This document shows positions 12,564 to 21,984 of a stretch of 54,434 bases of DNA, one piece after another. Position numbers and translations under genes: made by a program. The notes below the pieces were generated by a model. That model ran no database searches, was not told where the DNA came from, and saw only the letters and a program-made list of their open reading frames with translations. The DNA is from Candidatus Methylomirabilota bacterium. Lineage in GTDB: Bacteria > Methylomirabilota > Methylomirabilia > Rokubacteriales > DASRDR01. Where the stretch lies: positions 1 through 54,434 of the forward strand of contig DASYUM010000130.1 of NCBI GenBank assembly GCA_036001225.1, read 5' to 3'. Each line of letters starts with the position of its first letter. The first letter of the stretch is position 1.

Positions 12564-14309
12564 CTAGGAGCCTGGCGCCGGCTCCTTCGTAAAGTCGTAG
12601 ACGAAGAAGGTCGTCGTGCGACCGATGGGTTGGCGCCCGCGGAGGAACGCGGCGGTGCGCCGCTCCGAATCAGTCGGCAGCTTGCCGTAGAGCAGCGTGG
12701 TGCTGGCCGCCAGGTAGCGCCCCCGCACGCGGTCGAGGACATCGGCCGGCCCGGCGATGCCGTCGGCGAACGACGCCCGCGCCATCGGAGGTCGGCCCAC
12801 GCTGGGGTCGGTGCCGAAGTACCAGACGTCCAGCGCGGCGATCCCGTGCGCCGCTTGCCAGCGCGCGAGCTCTTTGAGCCCCTGCCCCCAGTCGTAGTTC
12901 GAGTCGCCCAGGCGCCGGTAGCCATTCGCCGTCCCGCCCCACAGCTCGTTGGTGTAGGAAAGCCCGTTCGGCCACACCCGGGCCGCCGAGACCGCGGTCC
13001 AGGCCAGACCAGCCCCGACCGCGGCCACCAGCATCCGGCGGGGCCAGCCCGGCGGCGATTCACGAATGGCCTGCACCGCGGCGGCGGCCAGGCCGACGGC
13101 CGCGATGGCATACAGCGGGAGGAGGAACCGGATGCCGAGCTGGACCCGGAAGGTCACGCTGAGAAGGATCAGGGTGGCCGCCAGCACGCAGGCCCAGTTG
13201 GCGAGCGCGCGCGGCCGCCAGAGGGCGATGAGCACGGGCAGCGCCAGCCACGTCAGCGTCAGCTTGATCGTCAGCGCCGTCGGGAAGTAGTACCAGACGC
13301 CGCGCGGGTACACCCGGCCCAGCAGGAAGGTCTCGCGGCCCCGGAGGTTGTGCTTGACCTGCCGCACCAGCCCGTCACCGGCGTTCCGGAAGATCCGCAG
13401 GTGGTCGGCCACCCAGATCATGGTGTTGCGGCTCGGGCCCTCGGGCAGGCCGCGGCTCCAGGCCACGAATGTCGGCTCCGCGCGCCAGTCGCTCCCGCAG
13501 TAGACGAACACGACCAGCAGGCCCAGCCCCACGATCTGGGCGACGTCACGCCGGAAGGGGCGCAGCCCCGCCCACGCTCGCCCGAGGGGGGAGCCGCCCG
13601 GGCCAGCCGCCGGCCGGAGAATCCCGGCCCGGACGAGGCGCTCGGCCTCGCTCACCGCCAGGCAGGAGAGGCCGAGGACGAGTCCCGACGCCTTGGTCAG
13701 CACCGCGGCAGCGTACCAGAGCGCCGGGAGGCCCACCCGCCATCGCCAACTCGCCTCCCGGCCGCGCCGGAAGTGGTAAACGAGCGCGAGCACGCACGCG
13801 GCGACCGCCACGTCGGTGGTGGCCAGGCTGGCGTGCGCGAGCAGCGTCGGCTCCGAGGCCAGCAGGCCGACGGCGAGCCGGCCCGCCCAGCGCCCCCCGA
13901 GCTGCCACCCGGCCAGCCAGCCATAGAGCAGGAGCAGCCACCAGAAGAGGAGCGTCGCCGCCCGGGCCCAGGGCAGGATGACGTCGAAGTCGGCGACCGG
14001 ATCGAAGGGGAGGCCGCGCAGCCGCTCGGCCACGTAGAGGGGCAGCGTCTGGACATCCACCGGCAGCGGCATCGTGCCCAGGCGCAGCAGCGACCAGTAG
14101 CTGCCCGATCGCCAGCGCTCGAGGCCGACCCGCAGGTAGACCGGCTCGTCCCAGGTCGCGCTCAGCTGGGCCGCCGCGGTGAGACACCACCCCGAGGAGG
14201 CCAGGACGCAGACGAGCAGCCAGAGCCAGTCGAGGCCCGGCGGGAGGCGTCGCGGGCCCGGGGGTCGGGAGGCCGGGGTCATGGCGCCGACTAGTTCACC
14301 GCCCCCCAT
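12564..14309 (-). CDS. GT39/PMT_2-family polyprenyl-phosphate-dependent membrane glycosyltransferase (ArnT-like)
   Basis: 581 aa with >10 TM helices and a COG1807-like N-terminal half. An alternative ATG start lies at 14282. Confidence 0.7.
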   Translation of the reverse strand: MGGGELVGAMTPASRPPGPRRLPPGLDWLWLLVCVLASSGWCLTAAAQLSATWDEPVYLRVGLERWRSGSYWSLLRLGTMPLPVDVQTLPLYVAERLRGLPFDPVADFDVILPWARAATLLFWWLLLLYGWLAGWQLGGRWAGRLAVGLLASEPTLLAHASLATTDVAVAACVLALVYHFRRGREASWRWRVGLPALWYAAAVLTKASGLVLGLSCLAVSEAERLVRAGILRPAAGPGGSPLGRAWAGLRPFRRDVAQIVGLGLLVVFVYCGSDWRAEPTFVAWSRGLPEGPSRNTMIWVADHLRIFRNAGDGLVRQVKHNLRGRETFLLGRVYPRGVWYYFPTALTIKLTLTWLALPVLIALWRPRALANWACVLAATLILLSVTFRVQLGIRFLLPLYAIAAVGLAAAAVQAIRESPPGWPRRMLVAAVGAGLAWTAVSAARVWPNGLSYTNELWGGTANGYRRLGDSNYDWGQGLKELARWQAAHGIAALDVWYFGTDPSVGRPPMARASFADGIAGPADVLDRVRGRYLAASTTLLYGKLPTDSERRTAAFLRGRQPIGRTTTFFVYDFTKEPAPGS

Positions 14310-14411
14310 CGAACCGCGTCAAGGTCCGCCCGGGTATTGCGAGTCGCGCGTTGCGTCGGGAGTCCGTCGGAATGACCGGGCGCGGGGTGACGCCGAGCCG
14401 CCGCGCGCAGG

Positions 14412-14492
14412 GTGTTCCGCTTCGGGCGGCGGCTTTGCCGCCGCAATCCGAGGGGGGGCATCGGGGGGGTCTTCCCAGACCCCCCCGAACAC
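14412..14492 (-). repeat. double-hairpin intergenic repeat, copy A (minus orientation)
   Basis: On the minus strand it begins right after the Wza-like TAA. It carries cgggggggtc-tgggaa-gacccccccg and gcggcggc-aaa-gccgccgc, plus the flanking consensus ...gaagcggaacac. Confidence 0.7.
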
Positions 14493-15515
14493 TTACAAGG
14501 CGATCAGCGAGAGCTTGAGGACGCTCTTCAGCACGTCCAGGAAGCCATAGGCCGCGACCTTCGCGCCGCTGGCCGGCACCACCACGACGTCCTGGGCCTG
14601 GACCGGCACGTCGTGGCTCCGGTCGCCGGCCAGCGCCGCCTGGACATCGAGGCCGGTGATCTCGCGCTTCTCCCCGGTGGGGAGCGTGCGGATGATCTTG
14701 GCTTCGCCCGTCGCCGCCCGCTTGGTGACGCCGCCGGCTTCGGTGATCGCCTTGGCCAGCGTGGTGTCGCGTCGGAGGGTGTAGGTGCCGCGCTTTTCGA
14801 CCTCGCCGGCGACGTAGAAGGTGTTGGCCTCGGGGACGTACACCGAGTCGCCCGGCTCGACGACCACGTTGTGACGGGGATCGCCGGCCCGCAACAGCGC
14901 GTCGAGATCCACCGTCACCGGCTGCGGCTCGCCCGGGCGCGGCTGCGCCCGCAGGACGTAGGCCACCCGGTCCGCGTTGTCCCGGACCCCGCGGGCGCCG
15001 GACAGCGCGCTCAGCACGGTCGTTCCATTGGTCTTGAGCGGGTAGGCGCCGGGCTTCTGGACCGCGCCCAGCACCACCACCTGCCGGCCCAGGTACTCCG
15101 TCACGCTCACGGTCACCCGGGGGTTGACCAGATAGCGGTCCCTGAGTCCCGCGGCGAGCTTCGCCTCCACCTCGGCCGGCGAGAGTCCCGCCACCGCGAC
15201 CTCGCCCAGGAGCGGCAGGCTGATCGCGCCCGACTCGTTGACCCGCACGGTGCGCGTGAGGTCGTTCTGGCTGTGGACCTGGATCTTGAGCTGATCCTTG
15301 GGCGCGATCTTGTAGTCGCTCCCGGCCGGGGCCTGCAGCGAGACCGCCGGCGGCGGGGGCAGGGTTCGGGTCGGTCCCGGGAGCGCGGCCGGGACCGCGC
15401 CGCCGGTGCCCGTCGGCGACCCGGCCGCGCCCGGGGATGGATACGGTCCCCCGGCACAGCCGGCGCCGGCGATCAGCATCGCCGCCAGCAGCAGGATCAG
15501 CGTTCGGTGTCGCAT
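14493..15515 (-). CDS. Wza/GfcE-like polysaccharide export lipoprotein
   Basis: Lipoprotein signal MRHRTLILLLAAMLIAGAGC, a Poly_export domain and SLBB-type repeats. Confidence 0.8.
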   Translation of the reverse strand: MRHRTLILLLAAMLIAGAGCAGGPYPSPGAAGSPTGTGGAVPAALPGPTRTLPPPPAVSLQAPAGSDYKIAPKDQLKIQVHSQNDLTRTVRVNESGAISLPLLGEVAVAGLSPAEVEAKLAAGLRDRYLVNPRVTVSVTEYLGRQVVVLGAVQKPGAYPLKTNGTTVLSALSGARGVRDNADRVAYVLRAQPRPGEPQPVTVDLDALLRAGDPRHNVVVEPGDSVYVPEANTFYVAGEVEKRGTYTLRRDTTLAKAITEAGGVTKRAATGEAKIIRTLPTGEKREITGLDVQAALAGDRSHDVPVQAQDVVVVPASGAKVAAYGFLDVLKSVLKLSLIAL

Positions 15516-15539
15516 GGAGGTGCCCCCCTCCGGGGACGG

Positions 15540-15555
15540 AGCAAGGAGGGTGCCA
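15540..15555 (-). promoter_or_regulatory. sigma54 (RpoN) -24/-12 promoter upstream of the Wza-like gene
   Basis: Minus strand reads TGGCACcctccTTGCT. This matches the TGGCAC-N5-TTGCW consensus exactly, about 25 nt upstream of the ATG. rpoN is encoded in this window. Confidence 0.6.
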
Positions 15556-15644
15556 CGACGGACCCCCGGTCCCAGGCGCCCGTCGGCGCGCCGCCCGCCG
15601 GCCGGGCGTGCAAATTTTGCCGCCGGTCGGGAAGGCGAGGGGTA

Positions 15645-18389
15645 CTACCGGCCGGGCGCCCCGGTGCGCTCGCGGAGCGACCGGAGGGCCTCCTCCAGGC
15701 GCTTCTGCGCCTCCCCGTACGCCGTCCAGTCGCCGCGCCGGAGCGACTCCTGAGCGCGCGCCCACGCCTCCCACGCGCGCCCGACCAGGACCCCGACGGT
15801 GTCACCGGCTGACCCGGCGGCCCGCGGCAGACCTTCCGGCGTGGGCGCCGCCGCCAACGACGGGCGGCGGCCGAAGATCGCCTGGAGCGAGGCCTCGAGC
15901 GTCTCCTCCATGGCGATCTGGGTGCCGTAGGCGACGAAGACGCGCTTGAGCTCGGGGATGGAGCCCTTCTCGGCCGCCAGGTACATCGGTTCGATGTAGA
16001 TGAGCGACTCCTCGATGGGGATCGCCAGCAGGCTCCCGCGGATCACCGTCGAGCCCCGCTGATTCCAGAGCGTGAGCTGTTGGGCGATGACCGGGTCCTG
16101 GTCGATCCGGGCCGCGATCTGGCGCGGTCCATAGACCAGCCGCTGCTTGGGAAACAGAAAGGCGAAGAGCCGCCCGTACTGCTCGCCGTCCGAGCGAGCG
16201 GCCAGCCACGCGATCATGTTGTCTCGCCGGAGCGGCGTGAACAGGGTGAGGAGGACGAACTCCTCCTGCCGCTCGCCGGGGAGCCGCATGATCGTGTAGT
16301 AGGGCTCGATCTCCCGGTCCCGCCCACTCTCCTGCCGGCGCGGGATCGACCACAGGTCTTCCTTGTTGTAGAAGACGCGGGGGTCCTGCATGTGATAGGT
16401 CGCGTACATCCGAGCCTGGATGGCGAAGAGGCCGGCGGGATAGCGGATGTGGGCCCGGAGATCCTCCGGCATCTCGCCCAGCGGCCGGAAGAGGCCGGGG
16501 AAGGCCGCCGCGTAGACGCGGGCCAGCGGGTCCTGCGGGTCAGCCAGGTAGAAGCTCAACGTGCCATGGTAGGCGTCGACCACCGCCTTCACCGAGTTGC
16601 GGACGTAGTTGCCGAAGCCGGAGACGCGCTCGGCGTAGGGGAATCGGTGGGTGGTGGTGTAGGCGTCGATGATCCAGACCAGGGTGCCGTCGGGCCGGAT
16701 GACCAGGTAGGGGTCGGCGTCGAACCGAAGGAAGGGCGCGACGCGGCGCACGCGCTCGCCAACCTGCCGGTAGTACATGGCCCGGCTGTCGGCGCTGATC
16801 TCGTCGCTGAGGAGGATCCGGTAGGAGCCGAAGCGGACGGCGAGCAGGAGCCGGCGCCAGAAGGAGTGGACCGGCACCCCGCCCCGGCCTTGATACGTCG
16901 TGTAGACGTTCTCGTCGCCGGCCGGGTAGTCGATCTCCCGGGACCGCGTCCCCACGAAGACGTACTCGTTGGCGATCTCGCCGTAGTAGATCTCGGGCCG
17001 GGTGACCTTGACCGGGATCGTGGAGACCGGCGGAATGTCGCGGATGAACAGCTCGGGAAGCCCTTCGGGGGTGATCCGGTTGACCGGCCCGACCACCGCG
17101 CCGTAGCCGTGGGTGTACTGAAGGTGCTCGTTGATCCACTGCCGGTCGGCGTCGCGCCCCTGGGGATCGCGCGGGAGGTTCTGGTAGGAGAGCTCCCGCG
17201 CCGACAGCATGAGCTGCCGGTAGTCCCCGCCGATCACGTAGCGGTCGTTGTCCACGTCCACGAAGCGGTAGTACGTGCGGATCTCCTGGAGCTGGGCGAA
17301 GGTGGCGAGCACGGGGCCGTGGTCCCAGAGCCGCACGTTCCGGAGGGTGGCCGCGTTGCGGGCGAGGTCGCTCGGCTCCAGCGACTCGCGGGCCGGGAAG
17401 TCGCGCTCCTCGATCCGGTCCAGGGCGAAGGCCTGCCGGGTGAAGCGGATGTGGTGCGCGATGAACGGGCTCTCGGCGACCAGCGCGTTGGGCGCGACCC
17501 GGATCCGCTGGACCAGCGCCGGGTAGGCCCACACCCCGACGATCCACCCCACCCCCAGCACCACCAGCCCCGCGAACACCGTGCGGGCTCCCCGCCAGAA
17601 CACCTGGAGCAGGGCGGCCGCCCCGACCAGCGCGGCCAGGGCGGCGAGCAGGGACAGGGCGGGCAGCGTCGCGTTGACGTCGGTGTACATCGCTCCCAGC
17701 ACGGCGCCGCGCTGGGAATAGAGGAGCTCGAACCGGTCGAGGTGAAAGTCGACGGCCTTGGCGAAGAGGAGCACGGCCAGGAGGCCCAGCAGGTGCGCGC
17801 GGGCGCGGGCGGTGATCACCGGGCCGCGCGCGGTCAGCACCAGAACCCGTCCCAGGAAGTAGAGGAAGCCGGTCACCAGCAGGGTGCAGCCGACGAGCAG
17901 GAACACCCAGTCCAGGGCTCGGCGCCAGAGCGGAAGCCGAAAGATGTAGAAGCCGATGTCTCGCTGAAAGATCGGGTCGGGCGCCCCCCCGAAGGGTTGG
18001 GCGTGCTGGTAGGCGAGCAGCATCTGCCACTCGGCGCTCGCCGACAGGCCGAAGAGGAGCGCGAGGGCGATGGTGAGCGGGATCAGCGCGCGCTGGAGCA
18101 GCGGCTCCAGGATGACCCGGCTCGGGAGTCCGAGCGGCTCCTCGAGCTCCCAGAAGACGTCGGGCGGGCGGGCGTAGGCCGCCGCCCGCAGATTGCCCCA
18201 CAGGAAGAGAAAGCTCGCCAGGCCGACGACCAGGAACAGGCTGCCCCGCAGGGTCACCACGCGCAGGAAGACGGACGCGTAGCCGACCTCCTCGAACCAC
18301 AGCCAGTCGGTGTAGAAGGGGACGGCCTCCAGGCCGACAAAGAGCAGGATCAGGACGACGACGAGCAGCGTCCCCCGACCGCCCCTCAT
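15645..18389 (-). CDS. UPF0182-family large membrane protein (COG1615)
   Basis: 914 aa from the internal MRGGRGTLLVVVLILLF. N-terminal TM bundle followed by a large soluble domain. Start overlaps the stop of the upstream GT2 gene (ATGA). Confidence 0.75.
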   Translation of the reverse strand: MRGGRGTLLVVVLILLFVGLEAVPFYTDWLWFEEVGYASVFLRVVTLRGSLFLVVGLASFLFLWGNLRAAAYARPPDVFWELEEPLGLPSRVILEPLLQRALIPLTIALALLFGLSASAEWQMLLAYQHAQPFGGAPDPIFQRDIGFYIFRLPLWRRALDWVFLLVGCTLLVTGFLYFLGRVLVLTARGPVITARARAHLLGLLAVLLFAKAVDFHLDRFELLYSQRGAVLGAMYTDVNATLPALSLLAALAALVGAAALLQVFWRGARTVFAGLVVLGVGWIVGVWAYPALVQRIRVAPNALVAESPFIAHHIRFTRQAFALDRIEERDFPARESLEPSDLARNAATLRNVRLWDHGPVLATFAQLQEIRTYYRFVDVDNDRYVIGGDYRQLMLSARELSYQNLPRDPQGRDADRQWINEHLQYTHGYGAVVGPVNRITPEGLPELFIRDIPPVSTIPVKVTRPEIYYGEIANEYVFVGTRSREIDYPAGDENVYTTYQGRGGVPVHSFWRRLLLAVRFGSYRILLSDEISADSRAMYYRQVGERVRRVAPFLRFDADPYLVIRPDGTLVWIIDAYTTTHRFPYAERVSGFGNYVRNSVKAVVDAYHGTLSFYLADPQDPLARVYAAAFPGLFRPLGEMPEDLRAHIRYPAGLFAIQARMYATYHMQDPRVFYNKEDLWSIPRRQESGRDREIEPYYTIMRLPGERQEEFVLLTLFTPLRRDNMIAWLAARSDGEQYGRLFAFLFPKQRLVYGPRQIAARIDQDPVIAQQLTLWNQRGSTVIRGSLLAIPIEESLIYIEPMYLAAEKGSIPELKRVFVAYGTQIAMEETLEASLQAIFGRRPSLAAAPTPEGLPRAAGSAGDTVGVLVGRAWEAWARAQESLRRGDWTAYGEAQKRLEEALRSLRERTGAPGR

Positions 18390-19144
18390 GTCCGCCCCTC
18401 CGGGCCCGGGACGCCCCTCGATGGCCCGAGCTCTTCCACCACCTCGTAGGCAAGCCGGCGGTGGGCCATCCAGCGCACGGCCCACAGGTCGGCGAGTCCG
18501 ACCCACAGGCGGCTCCAGTTGCCGTATTTGGACCGCCCGGCCCGCCGCGGGCGGTGCCGGACGGGCACCTCGACCACCCGGCAGCCCTCGAGTCGGAGCA
18601 GGGCGGGCAGGAAGCGGTGCATCCCGCGGTAGAGCCGAAGTCCGGCCAGCGCCTCCCGGCGGAACGCCTTCAGCATGCACCCGGTGTCGTGCACCCCGTC
18701 GTGGGTGACGCGCCGGCGGACCGCGTTGGCCACCCGCGACCCCAGGCGCTTGGCCCAGGGATCGTGGCGGTCCACCCGCCAGCCGCAGACGGCGTCGTGG
18801 CCGGGAAGTCGGTCGAGGAGCACCGGGATGTCCCGCGGGTCGTTCTGGAGATCGGCGTCCATGGTCACCACGGTCTCGCCGCGGGCGCTCCGGAAGCCGG
18901 CGGCCAGCGCCGCCGTCTGCCCGGCATTGCGCCGGAAGCGGACGACCCGGAGCCGACGGTCGCCGGCCGCCAGCCGGCTCAGCACGGCGAAGGTCCCATC
19001 GGTGGACCCGTCATCCACGACGATGACCTCGAACGATCGGCCCACCCCTTCCAGGACTTCCACCAGCTCGCGATAGCACGCCTCGACGTTCGGCTCTTCG
19101 TTGTAGGCGGGGATGACGACGGAGAGGGCGGGCGCCGGCGTCAC
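18386..19144 (-). CDS. GT2 polyprenyl-phosphate glycosyltransferase (ArnC/DPM1/GtrB-like)
   Basis: VVIPAYNEE...VIVVDDGSTDGT...DADLQNDP, the classical GT-A DXD fold of undecaprenyl-phosphate sugar transferases. Confidence 0.85.
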   Translation of the reverse strand: MTPAPALSVVIPAYNEEPNVEACYRELVEVLEGVGRSFEVIVVDDGSTDGTFAVLSRLAAGDRRLRVVRFRRNAGQTAALAAGFRSARGETVVTMDADLQNDPRDIPVLLDRLPGHDAVCGWRVDRHDPWAKRLGSRVANAVRRRVTHDGVHDTGCMLKAFRREALAGLRLYRGMHRFLPALLRLEGCRVVEVPVRHRPRRAGRSKYGNWSRLWVGLADLWAVRWMAHRRLAYEVVEELGPSRGVPGPEGRT

Positions 19145-19152
19145 GTCCGAGC

Positions 19153-20697
19153 CTAGTAAGTGATCGGCCCCTCGGGCGGAGCCAGCCCGCGGAACCCGTA
19201 GCCCCGATAGAGCGCGAACACCCGGACCGGCCGGCCCTGGCGGCGCACCTCCAGCATCACGGGGCCTTCGGTGCGCTCGAAGGCGCGCACGATCCGCGCA
19301 TCCAGCTCACCGGTCCCCTCCCGGACGTAGATGGCATCCCACCCCAGGCGGGACTCGGGCCCCTCCCAGAAGTCGTACTGGTTGAGCCGCCGGCCCAGGT
19401 TGACATTATAGGCGGGCGGGCGGCCTTCCACGTAGAAGGCCAACTCGCTGGCGATCTGGTAGCGGTCGGAGACCAGGAACGTCCGCTCGGGCGCCGGCAT
19501 CTGGCGGCGGAGCGCCGTCACCGCGCCGCCCAGCTCCTGCCATCCCTTGAGCCGGGTGGTCGGATCGAGCCGGGGCGGGATCCCGAGGCGGTCTGTCGCG
19601 TGCCCCAGCGCGCTCCCGAGCAGCGCGAGGCCGCCGGCCGCGATCAGCACCGCCTGCCGGCGCCGGGTGGCGGGGGCGGCCCGGTCGAGCAGAGCGCCGG
19701 CGGCGACGAGCGCCAGCGGCGGATAGGCGGCGGCTGGCCAGTTGGCCTGGACCTTCCCCTGGAGCGACAGGAGCGCGTAGAAGCCGACGACCGGCACCGC
19801 GAATGCGACGAGGAAGCGGTAGGGCTCGCGCCCGGCGACGAGTCCCTCGCGGATCCCGTACCACAGACCCCAACCGAGGAGCGCGGCGACGACCGGCGTC
19901 AGCACCAGGAGTTGACCACCGACGAACTCGAGCGGCTCGACCCACCCGAGTCCGCTCCCCAGTCCCTGACTGGCGACGTGGCGAGCGGTCACCCAGGCGT
20001 GGCGGACGTTCCAGACGACGACGGGCGTGACGAGGGCCAGCGCCAGACCGGTTGCCGCGTAGGGGGCCGGGTGGCGGAGCCACCGGCGGGCCGCGGGCGC
20101 CCGCCAGCCGTAGAGGACGAGGCCGGGGAGGACGAAGAGCATCGTGTACTTCGCCAGGCAGCCGAGCCCGATCACCACCCCGGCCGCCAACCACGCGCGG
20201 GCGACGCCCCCGACGAGCGCGCGGTGTAGGCAGAGGAGCGCCAGCGTCCAGAGGACGAGGAACGGCGCGTCGATGGTCAGGAGGAGGCTGCCCGCCCAGA
20301 ACAGCGGCGTCAGCTGGAGGCCCAGGACCGCCAGCACCGCGACCCGAGCGTCCCCGAACGTCTGGCGCCCCAGGCGGTAGGCGACCAGGGAGCCGAGCAG
20401 ACTCAGCAGGACGGCGCCCACTCGGATGGCGAACGCCGAGGAGCCGAACAGCGCGGTGAGCGCCCGGATGAGGTACGCGACCAGCGGGCCCTTGGAGTAG
20501 TAGGCGAGATCCAGCCGGCGTGACCACTCCCAGTAGTGGGCCTCGTCGGGGGAGAGATCGAGGACGCCGGCGGCCAGGTAGGCGACCCGGCAGGCGGTCA
20601 GGATGGCGAGAACCGCCGCGAGACGCCGGCCCCAGCGCGACGCCTCGGCGTCGGCGACCGCTGCCCTCACGACGGTCGCCGGCGCGGCCACGCTCAC
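19153..20697 (-). CDS. GT39/PMT_2-family glycosyltransferase (ArnT-like), second copy
   Basis: SPDEAHYWEWSRRLDLAYYSKGPLVAYL, the PMT_2 signature. Multi-TM. GTG start 8 nt upstream of the GT2 gene. Confidence 0.8.
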   Translation of the reverse strand: MSVAAPATVVRAAVADAEASRWGRRLAAVLAILTACRVAYLAAGVLDLSPDEAHYWEWSRRLDLAYYSKGPLVAYLIRALTALFGSSAFAIRVGAVLLSLLGSLVAYRLGRQTFGDARVAVLAVLGLQLTPLFWAGSLLLTIDAPFLVLWTLALLCLHRALVGGVARAWLAAGVVIGLGCLAKYTMLFVLPGLVLYGWRAPAARRWLRHPAPYAATGLALALVTPVVVWNVRHAWVTARHVASQGLGSGLGWVEPLEFVGGQLLVLTPVVAALLGWGLWYGIREGLVAGREPYRFLVAFAVPVVGFYALLSLQGKVQANWPAAAYPPLALVAAGALLDRAAPATRRRQAVLIAAGGLALLGSALGHATDRLGIPPRLDPTTRLKGWQELGGAVTALRRQMPAPERTFLVSDRYQIASELAFYVEGRPPAYNVNLGRRLNQYDFWEGPESRLGWDAIYVREGTGELDARIVRAFERTEGPVMLEVRRQGRPVRVFALYRGYGFRGLAPPEGPITY

Positions 20698-20767
20698 GGA
20701 CGGAACCTCGGACGCGCCGCGGGCCCGGGCCCGGTCTTGGGGGTCGCGCGCCTCGGCCCGGACGACC

Positions 20768-21984
20768 TCAACGGCGAACGTAGATCGCGTTCGAGAAGAT
20801 CCACGGCACGTCCCGGGGCGTCGCGATGGGGAAGAGGTTCGCCCGCAGGTCGACTTCGACGCGGTACGCGCCTGGCTGCTCGACCGGCCATCGGACCTCT
20901 CGGGCGCCGGCCTCGGCGTGGACGACTTCGCCGTCCCGCACGAGCCGCATCATCGTTTCGCCGACCGGCGGCACTCGGACCTCGAACACCCACCCTTCCC
21001 CCGCCCGCACGGTGGTCCCCATCAGCGCGACCTCGCTCGCGCGGCGGGCCACGAAGCGGAACCCGGCCGCGGGCGCCAGGCCGTCGAAGGCATTGTAGAA
21101 CTGTCCGGCCCGCAGAGCGCCGTACACGCGGTCGCGGTCGCGGGGGTCGTGGGCCAGCGGTTCTCGGCTCACGAAGTGGAGCTGGCCGAGCCGGAACGCC
21201 GTCTCGTGAGACGGGAACCGGACGCCCGTCTCCTCGGTCAGCTCGATCCCCCCGTGGGCGTCGAGGGCCAGGACACCCAGGGTCGGCCGCTCGCGCGCCA
21301 TGCGGTCCCACCGCTCGAGGACCCCATGCGGCCAGCGGATGACCGACAGGATCGCCATGACGGGATTCGCCGGATAGGCGACGAGCCCCATGAGCTGGCG
21401 AGGCCAGGGAGCCGCCACCACCTGGTCGAAGACATCCACCACCTCGATCCCGTCCACCACCGGCGGATCCTGCCGCCAGCCGAGCCGTGGGTGCTCGGGG
21501 TGCGCGAGCAGGACGATGGCCCCCGCCTGCCGATAGGCCGCCACTGCCTCGGCGAACGGCAGGCCGCGGCCCTCGACCGGCAGGCCGGGGCGCACGTCGA
21601 GCACGAGGAGGTAGCCGGCGTTGGTCGTGACCTCGGCGCCGATCAGGACCAGGGCGGGGCCGTACCAGCGCTGCTTGCCCTCCAGCAGCGGGACCAGCGT
21701 GCTGTGGTCAGTCAGGAAGACGACCCGGACCCCGACTCGGGCCGCGGCGGCCGCGATCTCCTCCACGGTCCCCCGCCCGTCGTGCGAGTAGCGCGAGTGG
21801 ACGTGGAGGACGGCGGCATACTCGGCGAGATCCGTCGGCGGGGGCCATCCCGGGGGCGTCGGCAGCGGGGCCAGCCGGGCGGCGGCCGCGTAGCCGCCGA
21901 CGAGAAGGGCCAGGAGGACGGCGACCGCCGGGAGTCCCCGCCGGACAACTCCCCGCCGGGCCGGGACCGGGCGTCGCCCGGGGC
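20768..21984 (-). CDS. PHP-domain metal-dependent phosphoesterase (secreted/periplasmic?)
   Basis: LHVHSRYSHDG...VVFLTDH PHP motifs, preceded by a signal-peptide-like RRGLPAVAVLLALLVGG. There is no canonical start codon in frame near the predicted N-terminus, so the 5' end is uncertain. Confidence 0.55.
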
